Part shown: positions 48,535-58,073 of the stretch, piece after piece
How the letters are laid out: each line of letters opens with the position of its first letter
Numbering within the stretch: the first letter of the stretch is position 1
Source of the DNA: a virus
Taxonomy: Duplodnaviria; Caudoviricetes
Strand: one strand, 5' to 3'
DNA length: 64,000 bases
Virus record (IMG/VR): IMGVR_UViG_3300020577_004280
Span: 90,038 to 154,037 of that record
Program-made: the position numbers and the translations under genes
The notes under the pieces: model-generated
What the model was told of the DNA's origin: nothing
The model's input: the letters and a program-made list of their open reading frames with translations, nothing else
The model's database searches: none

Positions 48535-49536
48535 TTAGCAAGAACCAGCAATAACGGCACGGTTATCTAGGACACCAAAGCCCCATTCACCCCAACCGTA
48601 ATAACCTTCTCTTTGCTGACGATGTAGAGTTGGGTCTTCAAACAATACAACTTCTTGACGAACAGGCATTACGAAGGAATTCTTGTTCATATCTAGACCG
48701 ATTAATAGCTCTGTGTCACCAGAACCTAAGCTACCGCCTAGAATATCAGAGAAGAAATCTTGGTATTCTTGGTCTTCACCTAGTTCATCTAGTTCGTGTA
48801 GGTTAACGCTGAAGATTCTGTTTAGAGAACCGTCGCCAGCTACGTAGATTTCTCTACGAGTGATTTCGTCAACTTGGTCTACACCCCAGTTACGCATATC
48901 TTCTACGTTTTCTGGAGATAGGAACATATCGGTTAGCTTGAAGCGGTTTAGAGATGCTGTGTTACCACCACCGTTACGACGCATAATAGTTTTCATAAGA
49001 GAAACTAATCTCTTAGTAAACTGACCTGCTGTTGCGTCAGCATCATAAATTAGGATGTTACGGTCAGCGACAGCGGCTAGAATTGTATGCCATCCGTCGT
49101 CGTTGATTTTCTTGGTAAAACCGGCTTCTAGGGTTTCTAGGTAACGGCCAACAATATCATACTGAGCGTTACGAGCAATACGTAATGGCCAGTCGATGGC
49201 GTTAGCAACACCATATGTTGGAATCTTAACATAATCAGCTTCCGCTGTACGTTCTGGAATACGACCAACACCTGGGTTAGTATACGCAACGAATTCATCT
49301 TCTTCACCCGGAGCAATAGCATCCAAAGGATATTCGATTTCAGCGGTTGGACCGTATACTGTTGATGAGAACACGTTAGTTACAACATCACCAGATAGGA
49401 TACCTTCTCTTAGTACATCTTGAGCAGCCTTGCTAAACTCTACTTGAGCAGCAATAGCTTCGTCGCGATTGTTAGAACCTGTCTTAACGATAAGTTCTTT
49501 CAATTCTGGTGATAAATCATTATATTGGCTTTTCAT
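48535..49536 (-). CDS. major capsid protein (HK97 fold)
   Basis: 333 aa following the protease/scaffold and decoration genes; FEDPTLHRQQREGYYGWGEWGFGVLD; strong RBS, biased codons, terminator. Confidence 0.88.
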   Translation of the reverse strand: MKSQYNDLSPELKELIVKTGSNNRDEAIAAQVEFSKAAQDVLREGILSGDVVTNVFSSTVYGPTAEIEYPLDAIAPGEEDEFVAYTNPGVGRIPERTAEADYVKIPTYGVANAIDWPLRIARNAQYDIVGRYLETLEAGFTKKINDDGWHTILAAVADRNILIYDADATAGQFTKRLVSLMKTIMRRNGGGNTASLNRFKLTDMFLSPENVEDMRNWGVDQVDEITRREIYVAGDGSLNRIFSVNLHELDELGEDQEYQDFFSDILGGSLGSGDTELLIGLDMNKNSFVMPVRQEVVLFEDPTLHRQQREGYYGWGEWGFGVLDNRAVIAGSC

Positions 49537-49564
49537 CTATTATTCTCCTTTAAATTATTGGTTA

Positions 49565-50041
49565 TTAGCTACGCGCCATTGGTAGATTAAAGGCAACTTT
49601 AGCATAACCGTCTTCATCTTTGCTTGAACGGAAAGCACCAACAATTGGAGTTGCTGTCACGCCTGCATCAACGTTAGTTAGAAGACCGCTGACTGTTACA
49701 TACGCCTTATCACCAGCAGAAATTGTTAAACCTGGATAAATCATATTTGTTTGAACTTCGCCTTTAGTCCATAGTGTAACCTTTGTGTTAACTTGAACTT
49801 CATGCTTGTATGGATTTAGTTTTTGGCGAGTTAAGTCAATATTGACTACATCGCACATTAAGCAACCGATAGCCATGCTACCAGATGGGTTTGCTGCATA
49901 AGCTACGACTGCGTTTGATTGGTCTAGAGCATCCCCAGAACCAACTGTAGAAATTACGGCAAATCCACCGCGTTCCGCTGTTGAGTTCATGAAGAAAGAG
50001 ATATCACTATCTAAGTGAATACGGTGTGGTTTTAAAGCCAT
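49565..50041 (-). CDS. capsid decoration/cement protein
   Basis: Between the scaffold and MCP genes; AGDKAYV..SG.L...VG.F.S.KDEDGYAKV (beta-tulip-like). Confidence 0.7.
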   Translation of the reverse strand: MALKPHRIHLDSDISFFMNSTAERGGFAVISTVGSGDALDQSNAVVAYAANPSGSMAIGCLMCDVVNIDLTRQKLNPYKHEVQVNTKVTLWTKGEVQTNMIYPGLTISAGDKAYVTVSGLLTNVDAGVTATPIVGAFRSSKDEDGYAKVAFNLPMARS

Positions 50042-50060
50042 TGCTTGTTTCTCCTTATAA

Positions 50061-51503
50061 TTATTTCTTGTTACGAGTATTTTTGAAGATTTGTCTCAAA
50101 CCAGCTTTGGCTGTCTCATATAATTGAGCGTGTGCTTCTTCTGGAGTAGTACCACTAGTAGCTAAAGATTTATCTTCTGGTTCTTCAGTTACTACAATTT
50201 CGGCAGGAGTATTTACGTCGGCTTTATCAGTTTCTAATTCTTCATCTGCCGCAGATTTGTCTGAACATTTTTCGTCACCCATCTTATCCTTAGCACAGTT
50301 TTTCTTAGCTTCAGAATAAAGAGCAACTACTTCATCAAACATTTCATCGCTAGCGATTGACCATTTAGTTAGAATTTCTTCTACCTTATCTTGTTCTACA
50401 CCAGCCTGAGTTAATTTAACTGTTCTGGCTGTCTTAGCCATTTCAGCTTTAATTTGTGTTAATTCTTGTTCTTTAGATGCTAAAGCTGTATTAGCTTCAT
50501 CTTTAATTCTCTGTAGTTCAGCTACAGTTGTTTCTTTTTCAGATAGTTGTGTCTTAATATTAGCAATTTCAGCTTCTAACACAGCAATCTTATCTTCATA
50601 ACCTTGTTTAACTTCTTCATCAGCTTGTGTTTTAAGAGTCTTATTTTCTTCTACAAGACTAGCAATTTGCTTTTCTAAATCGCTGATTTTAGTATCTTTT
50701 TCATCTGACATTGTATTGCTTCCTTCTGTTTCAGTAAACATATTAACAGAAGCTTCGCTCCCATTAAAAATCATAGAATCATTAAAAATTATACTTCTTG
50801 GGTTCGCTGGTTTACTTACTAAACCTTTACCGGAAAAAGTGAAATCTCTTAACAGTCTACCAATCTTATAACCTTGGTAGTTACCAGTACCTTCGTAAAC
50901 ACGTAAATATTTGGTTAAAAAGGCGGTAGATTCTTCTCTTTTAATTATATGTTGATTTCCGTATGCGTCAATAAGAGCATAATCGAAACCAGGGAATAAA
51001 CATTCCATAGAAACGAACCATTTATCTTCTCCGATTTCTTTTATTAATTGCGCTATTTCTTCTGTTCGGTCCTCACCGGGCCAACGTTTGTAAATAACAG
51101 AACTAACAAGTAAATCGAAATCGTCCGGCAGGTCATCTAAACTTGCGTCATCACTAATAGTTTGACCTTGTTGTGAAATAGCTAAACTACCAGTAATATG
51201 ACCTATAATATCATTACCGTCATGCATAAAGTTAAACGGTTTATCTACAGGTGTAGCTCTAGCTCTCCAAGTTTCATATTTATCAAAAACATCGTCATTT
51301 TTATTCCAACCAGTTGAAGCTAATATACAATTAAGATAAAATAAATCAATTTGGTTGGGATTTTCAATTTCTAATAAACCGGCGATACTTTTATCGTCTT
51401 TTGGAGTTGGTTTAGTAATTAGTTGAGTATCAAAAGCGATAGAAGCTTTACTACTAACTAGTTCGGCTATACCGTCTTTTCTTTCTTGCTCGAAAATTAC
51501 CAT
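50061..51503 (-). CDS. prohead protease fused to a coiled-coil scaffold
   Basis: NKNDDVF, FNFMHD..IIGH, VSMEC, FSGKGLV.KPANP.S; long C-terminal coiled coil. Confidence 0.82.
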   Translation of the reverse strand: MVIFEQERKDGIAELVSSKASIAFDTQLITKPTPKDDKSIAGLLEIENPNQIDLFYLNCILASTGWNKNDDVFDKYETWRARATPVDKPFNFMHDGNDIIGHITGSLAISQQGQTISDDASLDDLPDDFDLLVSSVIYKRWPGEDRTEEIAQLIKEIGEDKWFVSMECLFPGFDYALIDAYGNQHIIKREESTAFLTKYLRVYEGTGNYQGYKIGRLLRDFTFSGKGLVSKPANPRSIIFNDSMIFNGSEASVNMFTETEGSNTMSDEKDTKISDLEKQIASLVEENKTLKTQADEEVKQGYEDKIAVLEAEIANIKTQLSEKETTVAELQRIKDEANTALASKEQELTQIKAEMAKTARTVKLTQAGVEQDKVEEILTKWSIASDEMFDEVVALYSEAKKNCAKDKMGDEKCSDKSAADEELETDKADVNTPAEIVVTEEPEDKSLATSGTTPEEAHAQLYETAKAGLRQIFKNTRNKK

Positions 51504-51514
51504 CTATTCCCTCA

Positions 51515-51527
51515 CATAATTATACAC
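51515..51527 (-). promoter_or_regulatory. putative late promoter GTGTATAATTATG
   Basis: Motif copy adjacent to the RBS of the protease/scaffold gene. Confidence 0.72.
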
Positions 51528-51583
51528 GAATTTTAAAAAAATTTATATAATCCTTATCTTTTTTTATAAGACCGATTAAGGAT

Positions 51584-53716
51584 TTAGGTCTCGTCAGTCT
51601 CGCTGTAAGTTATTATATAAGATGAAATCTCTAAAGAACGACGTTCATCAGTAGTAGGTTCTCTATCATTCTTCTTAATAAATTCAGTACATAAACCTTT
51701 GTATATCGTCGCCATACTTGAGTTTACGTTAATACCTTTCTCTAATATTGAATACACATTTTCGGCGGTAACTTCTAATAATGGGTTAAAATTAGAAAAT
51801 ACGGTAAACTTTAGTTTTTCCAAACCGCTAAATTCTGCTGTAGTCAACATACGAAGATTTTTCTTATTCAATCCTTGTAAAACAGCCTGTGATACGATTT
51901 CTGAAATAGACTTGTATTTATCGTTAGCAACCAAAGACAGACTAGCAAAGCTAAAATCAGCTTTCGCTTTAGGTAATACCTTCTTTTGCTTACGCTTAGC
52001 AGAATCTTTAGACGCTGGAGGTCTACCATTTAACGTAGAACCCTTCTGTCTAGTTTCAGCCACTTTTTGCTGCATCTCCATTTGTTGGTCGTTTTTAGAC
52101 TTTTCACCCTTTTTACGTGGTAGTAAATCTAGACCAAGTTCACTAGGACTAACACTACCACCTTGAAGTAGAATCTTTTTCAAGTCATCCTCAACATGTG
52201 GGCTATGAAATTGACTAGCTTTAGGTGGCAATCTAGTTCCTTTATCCTTAGCTTCTCTACGAATACGTGTTTCTTCAATATCGTTATTAACCTTAATTCT
52301 ATCACGTAGAGTTTCATCACTTATAAGATTTCTATCTACCATTTGTAATAATAACGTTCCTTGTGCGGCTTCATCGGAAAGAACCATTTCATCGAAAATA
52401 ACAACTCCTGGTTCTTTATGACCCATAGCTTGTTGAATCAATTTTAGTTGACTATCCCAAAAAGTTACTAGAATTTCTCTACCATATTCTAGACGTTCTA
52501 CTAATGTTTTTAAAGACATATAATTATTAGTAAAACCTTTACCGCCAGAACCAACTAATGTTTGCGGTATACCTAGACCCGTATAAATAGCTTCTAATAC
52601 TGGCTTATATTTTTCTTCACCCAAGAAATTATATGAAGTGCTAGCTGTTTCTGTCAGATTAAGTTCTGGACCCCATACCAAGTTTTGTACACCGCCTGAT
52701 GTATTATTAGATACTAAAGAGCGTAATCTATCCAACGCTGCTTTATTTGGTAAAATTGAGTTTACACCATCTAAATGACCTAGTTTCCATATTCTGATAC
52801 TAGAAATAGCCCCATCTAAAGCTGTAAGGTCTGCTAATTTTAGCTTATCTAGCATGTATAGGTCTTTGAGAATAGGAGCAATCATAGGTTTTGCCCAACC
52901 ATCCCAATCGTCTTTTTTGTAGTGATAAACGCTTACTTCATTAGGATTGAGTGGAATATATTTCTTACCACTTTTCAGAGCTTGTTGAATTTCTAGTGGT
53001 AAATCACCAACTAATTGTTCTATATCGCTTTTATTAGCAATACCAGTACGTTTAATAGTAGAAGCTACTCCAGATAATTTTAAAGCATATAATTTACTAT
53101 CACAAAATGACGCTAAATCTCCGCCTATAAGTTCTATAGCTAAAGGAGTATAGAAGATATATCTTAGTGGAATTTTACGTTTTTCTTGTTTTTGTATATC
53201 TAGACTTGGAATACCATCCTGTGCTTGTGACATTTCTCTTGTGATTTTTAGAGAAATTTTACCATCTAATCTACGTACAAACACGTTGCCACAGCGATAT
53301 AACATATTAAGAAAAGCGTTAGAACGTTCTTTACCGCTAACTTTCTTAAACCAGTTATTAAGAAATTTTTGAATTTTTTTATTAGGGTGCGCTATTCTCA
53401 CGCCCTGAGAAGCAAAGTCTCCCATTAAATCTACGATATTATGGATAATACCAAAATCATCATACGCTCTAATAGAGGCGGCTATTTTCTCCATAGTAGT
53501 ACGAGGTAACATTTCACTGGGTCTAAAATATTCGTAATCTCCGCGATTATACTCGCTGAGTGTGCTCATATTTGGACCAATATTTTGGAATGTACGTGAA
53601 CCCATATTAGCTGAAGACAAACCATAACTATCAATGTTTTCTGTCATGGCAGATAAAGCTAACTTGCGTTCTTCTATTGTACCGAAAGAAGAGTAGGCGG
53701 ATTTTGGAGATGTCAT
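51584..53716 (-). CDS. portal protein
   Basis: Between TerL and the protease; IIHNIVDLMGDF, YKKDDW..WA.PM, LGIP..L. Confidence 0.85.
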   Translation of the reverse strand: MTSPKSAYSSFGTIEERKLALSAMTENIDSYGLSSANMGSRTFQNIGPNMSTLSEYNRGDYEYFRPSEMLPRTTMEKIAASIRAYDDFGIIHNIVDLMGDFASQGVRIAHPNKKIQKFLNNWFKKVSGKERSNAFLNMLYRCGNVFVRRLDGKISLKITREMSQAQDGIPSLDIQKQEKRKIPLRYIFYTPLAIELIGGDLASFCDSKLYALKLSGVASTIKRTGIANKSDIEQLVGDLPLEIQQALKSGKKYIPLNPNEVSVYHYKKDDWDGWAKPMIAPILKDLYMLDKLKLADLTALDGAISSIRIWKLGHLDGVNSILPNKAALDRLRSLVSNNTSGGVQNLVWGPELNLTETASTSYNFLGEEKYKPVLEAIYTGLGIPQTLVGSGGKGFTNNYMSLKTLVERLEYGREILVTFWDSQLKLIQQAMGHKEPGVVIFDEMVLSDEAAQGTLLLQMVDRNLISDETLRDRIKVNNDIEETRIRREAKDKGTRLPPKASQFHSPHVEDDLKKILLQGGSVSPSELGLDLLPRKKGEKSKNDQQMEMQQKVAETRQKGSTLNGRPPASKDSAKRKQKKVLPKAKADFSFASLSLVANDKYKSISEIVSQAVLQGLNKKNLRMLTTAEFSGLEKLKFTVFSNFNPLLEVTAENVYSILEKGINVNSSMATIYKGLCTEFIKKNDREPTTDERRSLEISSYIITYSETDET

Positions 53717-53752
53717 ATTTTTACCTAATTGAATTACAGTTGTATTACTCTA

Positions 53753-53765
53753 CTATATTATACAC
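53753..53765 (-). promoter_or_regulatory. putative late promoter GTGTATAATATAG
   Basis: Motif copy between TerL and the portal gene. Confidence 0.75.
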
Positions 53766-53768
53766 TTT

Positions 53769-56700
53769 TTAATATAAACCGTTCATTTTAGCAGTAAACC
53801 ACTGTGGGCCAACATATAACGGACCTTCTGATACTTTCTGATAAGAATTAGCAAAACCACCGCCATCCGTACATTCTAGAGGTACTATATCCTTATTTGA
53901 CCTAGCTAACATATTAGCCATAAGTAAAGCTGAGTAACGGTCTTTTCTAGCTCTACCTTTTTTACCACCAGACAACTTAACATCTGGTGTATCCCATCTT
54001 TGGCGACCTGTAGCGGTTTCAGTAACTACAATAGTAGCTAATTCATCCTTTAGTTCTTCTATATCTAGCACGCAATCTTCTAGTCCATCATATAATGTAG
54101 TATCTTGTCTTAAATCTTCCTCGGCTAAAGTAATACTATCAAAATAAGGAAATAACAGAACTCTATCCTCTAAGTCTTTACGTAGACCGTGGTTAGAGTC
54201 TCTTGTATAATCAGCGCCAGAAAAATTAACTAAGTCGATAATATGTAATCCAGCTTGAGCATCTGTATCTTTTGGTTTATTCGGGTCAATCATTGGTAGT
54301 AGTGGCTGGAATTTACCATCTTTTGTATTCTGTAAAGCTTCTAAAATAGCATAACCCCCACCTTGGGTATCTACAGCTATCTTAGTGGTCGGGAACCTTT
54401 TCATTAAATCTCTAATTTTACCAGCACAATATTGGTAGTAATCATTCTCCTGTACAACACCGGCTTTGACTCTTTCTTTAAAACCTTTACGATTAATCGT
54501 CCAGCAATGTACGATACGTCGATGTGTTTTATGAATCTCTAAGATGACTATAGCAAAATTATCTACTTCGGAAGCTGGGTCGATACCAAATACATATTGA
54601 CAATCTGGGTTACCTACTGTAACAGCAGCGAACATCTCCGCTCCTTGTGGTAGCATATTAAATTCTGTATTATGGTTTACACAACAAGCCTCAATTAATG
54701 TTCGTTTAAAGAACCCATTACTATCTTTAGAGAATATAGCTAAGTATTCCATCTCGAACGTACCAGCGTCGAATGTGGCTCTAGAACGGGCTACCTGTGC
54801 TGCATCCATGAAACCGGCTGGTATTAAATCATATGGTATTCTGATAACAGCAAAATCTTTATGAGATATACTTGGGTCATATTTATCTTCTCCACCGAAA
54901 GCAACAGCTATTTTACTACTATCACCTTTACTCTCAATAATCTTATGCCATATCTTCCAGTAATGCGCGAAGTGATTAAAAGAATAATAAGCTGTACCGG
55001 ACAATACTAATTGGTTGGGCATATTAGTGAATATAGCTTGCTTAGCATCATCTTTCCATACGCCGAGTTCTTTAGCTGCTGCTTCTGCCGCTACCTGCTT
55101 CATATTATCTATTGGAGATGAGCTAACAGCACCGAAACCAACGATAACTGTTTCAAATACTTCTCTACTAATTGAATTATGCTGTCTAAAACCCTCGGCA
55201 TAAAAACTATGCGTTGCTGGAAGATAATAATCATATAAATGTTCCTGTTTGTCTAATTTAGTTACAGAAACAACTTTACGATACTTTTGCCGATTCTTCC
55301 ATTCAATTACATGTAGTTCAGCGGCTTCTTTGGTTTGAAATCTTACTCGCTTATATTTGCCGCAAGTTAACAAAGTTGTAAACCAAATATTTTTTTCGAT
55401 GTCGTATGATACATAAGCGTGTTCAACTGGAATCAAACAGTTATCTATAGCGTTTTGAAACCTTGGTACCTTTAGCATTATAGCAGCGTCTCTAGCCGCC
55501 GCACTATTCCATCGTACAAACCATTGTAGATTTTCACTTATCTTTGATTCTCTATTCTGAATATAGCCATCAAAACCAAGTTTATTCATTAATACCTGTA
55601 CATCGCGGCATAATCTTTCAGATACGGAATAATAAGCTAGTCCAATTTTATTAGGTACGTTCCTTTGCTTGTCATTGAATAAAAAGCAAGACCCGTCTCC
55701 TTCAAATAATCCGGACAAGAAGGCTTCAATTATATTTTTAGTAGATTGTAAGATTGACCAAGGAATTTTCTTATCGTGGGCGGTGACGTAATCTAAACCA
55801 AGTTCGTAAAATTTCTTTCTTAAATCCGTGTCACATTTATAAAGAGAATAAGATTCTTTGCATATCCATCCACGTTTATCAATGTATTCTTTTCTAATAA
55901 ATAGCTTAAACCCATATTCATTGATAAGTTTATCTCGTGTTACAATGTCAGTTGTAGTTACGCCAATTGTATTTTTATTTTTAATAGACCCTTCACTGAC
56001 CAACATTCCCATTAGCCAAGCAGTTTTTTCATCAACAATTTCAGTTTTGCCAAACTCAAATCCGTTATCGTTTCTTGTTTCCTCAATCCAGTCTCCGGGT
56101 TGTAGGTCTTTAGCTAATTTCCAACCATTATTAGTCATAACTTGATGTATGTTAGAGCATCTGATTACGTAGCCATTTCTTAACTTTACTTCATATACGT
56201 CGGTTAACGGGGTTTTAATAAACTTAGTAGGAGATTCTATTGGCTTGATTGGATTGCCTGTTGGTAGTGTAGTACATCTGTCAAAATCTTGTATACGGAT
56301 AAAACCATTGGTGGTTTCTACCATGCTGTTGTATCCCAAACATGAAAACTCGTCACCCAGCACGTCATTAGCACGCAAACCTCTAATCTTATCACCACCG
56401 GGACCAATAGGAATGAATGATGCTACACTATCAAATATACGAAATCTCCACATATCAATATCTTTAGATGGTCCACCATGACTACCAACTAAATCTCTCA
56501 ATACCGGTGCGTTATTCCAGATTGTTTCCATGTACTCAAACACGAATTTAGACTGACGGAAAGCAGCACCAGCTACTACTATTTTTCTTTTAGGAAGTAA
56601 TAATAATCTGAGTAGGCAATATACTGCCAATAAGAACGTTTTTGAGAGTCCCCTGGAGCCGATTAACATTGGGAACTTCTTCTCCCACAAGGTTCTTAAA

Positions 56701-56936
56701 ATACAAAACTGCATTGGCGTTAATTCAATATTAAATATATACTTTGTCATTAAAGTAAAATATTCTGGATGACTCATTAACCAAATAATATACAGATGTA
56801 TTTCGTCGTCAATACCAGAAGGCATATTGGTTAGTGGATTAAATATTAAATCCGGGTCAAAACCTTTCGGTAAATTTAACCAAGCGTCTTCTTCTAGTCT
56901 CTTTTTTAGAATTACATCTGTTGTACTAATACCCAT
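53769..56936 (-). CDS. terL: terminase large subunit containing an intein (about 666 aa after splicing)
   Basis: Q motif LTPMQ, Walker A GSRGLSKT, KIRGLRA, Walker B VLGDEF, LSGT, nuclease GIDPASEVDNF and KDRYSA. Confidence 0.93.
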   Translation of the reverse strand: MGISTTDVILKKRLEEDAWLNLPKGFDPDLIFNPLTNMPSGIDDEIHLYIIWLMSHPEYFTLMTKYIFNIELTPMQFCILRTLWEKKFPMLIGSRGLSKTFLLAVYCLLRLLLLPKRKIVVAGAAFRQSKFVFEYMETIWNNAPVLRDLVGSHGGPSKDIDMWRFRIFDSVASFIPIGPGGDKIRGLRANDVLGDEFSCLGYNSMVETTNGFIRIQDFDRCTTLPTGNPIKPIESPTKFIKTPLTDVYEVKLRNGYVIRCSNIHQVMTNNGWKLAKDLQPGDWIEETRNDNGFEFGKTEIVDEKTAWLMGMLVSEGSIKNKNTIGVTTTDIVTRDKLINEYGFKLFIRKEYIDKRGWICKESYSLYKCDTDLRKKFYELGLDYVTAHDKKIPWSILQSTKNIIEAFLSGLFEGDGSCFLFNDKQRNVPNKIGLAYYSVSERLCRDVQVLMNKLGFDGYIQNRESKISENLQWFVRWNSAAARDAAIMLKVPRFQNAIDNCLIPVEHAYVSYDIEKNIWFTTLLTCGKYKRVRFQTKEAAELHVIEWKNRQKYRKVVSVTKLDKQEHLYDYYLPATHSFYAEGFRQHNSISREVFETVIVGFGAVSSSPIDNMKQVAAEAAAKELGVWKDDAKQAIFTNMPNQLVLSGTAYYSFNHFAHYWKIWHKIIESKGDSSKIAVAFGGEDKYDPSISHKDFAVIRIPYDLIPAGFMDAAQVARSRATFDAGTFEMEYLAIFSKDSNGFFKRTLIEACCVNHNTEFNMLPQGAEMFAAVTVGNPDCQYVFGIDPASEVDNFAIVILEIHKTHRRIVHCWTINRKGFKERVKAGVVQENDYYQYCAGKIRDLMKRFPTTKIAVDTQGGGYAILEALQNTKDGKFQPLLPMIDPNKPKDTDAQAGLHIIDLVNFSGADYTRDSNHGLRKDLEDRVLLFPYFDSITLAEEDLRQDTTLYDGLEDCVLDIEELKDELATIVVTETATGRQRWDTPDVKLSGGKKGRARKDRYSALLMANMLARSNKDIVPLECTDGGGFANSYQKVSEGPLYVGPQWFTAKMNGLY
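55176..56342 (-). mobile_element. intein with LAGLIDADG homing endonuclease (389 aa) in TerL
   Basis: Begins CLGYNS after DEFS, ends RQHN followed by Ser; block B CSNIHQV; LAGLIDADG motifs LMGMLVSEGS and FLSGLFEGDGS. Confidence 0.92.
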
Positions 56937-56938
56937 TA

Positions 56939-57412
56939 TTAAAAACCTACGTTATTACTTTCATATACCTGTGTGAATATTTTAATAATCTCTTCGGCGG
57001 CGTCGTGACGATTATCACAAAAGACAAATTTGATATCATACTTTTCTTCGATTTTTTTACATAGACCATACAGGGCTTTACCATTAAACCTAAGTTTAGA
57101 CCATTTATCTTTTGGTATACCTGAATTTTTAGGAAATTCTAATAAATCGTTTACTGAGAATTCACATATAATATATTTGAATTGTATATCCTTAGCTCGC
57201 TCAAGTTCACGATAGAATCTATCTTTGTCTACACCAAGATTAATAGATAGCTCACCACTATTACGTTTACGCTCAATAAATACCTTATCTTCGTAGCCAA
57301 CCATACTGTAGTCGCCTGTATCAACTTTGCGTTTTTCCACACCTTTACATTCTTCAAAGAAGGAAAAATCTAGTGGGATTTGCTCGCGGGTATCTTGGAT
57401 TATTGTAAACAT
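56939..57412 (-). CDS. ERCC4/XPF-type nuclease
   Basis: DTREQ, GDY, IERK (ERKxxxD-like), RFYRELER. Confidence 0.85.
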   Translation of the reverse strand: MFTIIQDTREQIPLDFSFFEECKGVEKRKVDTGDYSMVGYEDKVFIERKRNSGELSINLGVDKDRFYRELERAKDIQFKYIICEFSVNDLLEFPKNSGIPKDKWSKLRFNGKALYGLCKKIEEKYDIKFVFCDNRHDAAEEIIKIFTQVYESNNVGF

Positions 57413-57804
57413 GGGAATATGTTGTTGTTTCTTTTAATGATTGAAATATCAGAACCTAATTCCACAATCACATTATCTGCTATAACACCAAAACCAGCCA
57501 TAACTGTTTCAATTAAATCGTTTGAAATATCTTTTCTGCCAACAAAAATATATTCATCTAAACGTCTACTATAAGTATATTCTTGATTAGCTGGGAAAAA
57601 CATCAATTCAGAATCTCCTATTGTAATACGATAGAAATCTGCATATTTTAATACTTGATATTTGTCTGTAATTTCTTTAGTTATAGTAGCAATCTTATCA
57701 CAAAAGCGTATCGCTAATTCAAATCTAGGAAATATTAATCCAATTTTGGTCTTTTGCTCAAGAGCTTTCATAATTACATATAAAGGTAATGTTTCGTGAT
57801 TCAT
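57400..57804 (-). CDS. ATPase-dead paralog of the TerL ATPase domain (134 aa)
   Basis: Colinear similarity to spliced TerL (ISNDLIETVMAGFG vs ISREVFETVIVGFG); start ATG 57804 with GAGAGG RBS and ATGA overlap. Confidence 0.7.
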   Translation of the reverse strand: MNHETLPLYVIMKALEQKTKIGLIFPRFELAIRFCDKIATITKEITDKYQVLKYADFYRITIGDSELMFFPANQEYTYSRRLDEYIFVGRKDISNDLIETVMAGFGVIADNVIVELGSDISIIKRNNNIFPCLQ

Positions 57805-58073
57805 TTTTGTTTTCCTCTCACTATATCTCCAAATAACTGCATATAACAATGTTCCGCGCCACTAATTAACTGATGGTGGGTTTTACATAAAGTAATACCG
57901 TTGGTGACCTCAAACCTTAACATAGGTGCGTCAGCCCAACGGATAATATGATGTGCGTTTAATTTTGTCTTACAAGTACAGCCGGGAAACTGGCAACGAA
58001 AACCATCCCTTTTAAATATCTTCACTCTCCAAGCTTTATAGATTGGGTCATTGTAATCTCTACGAGAGGACAT
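57801..58073 (-). CDS. HNH endonuclease (packaging-associated, HK97 gp74-like position)
   Basis: WR..IFKRDGFRCQ..C..LNAHHI, NGITLCKTHH; likely start MSSRR at 58073. Confidence 0.88.
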   Translation of the reverse strand: MSSRRDYNDPIYKAWRVKIFKRDGFRCQFPGCTCKTKLNAHHIIRWADAPMLRFEVTNGITLCKTHHQLISGAEHCYMQLFGDIVRGKQK

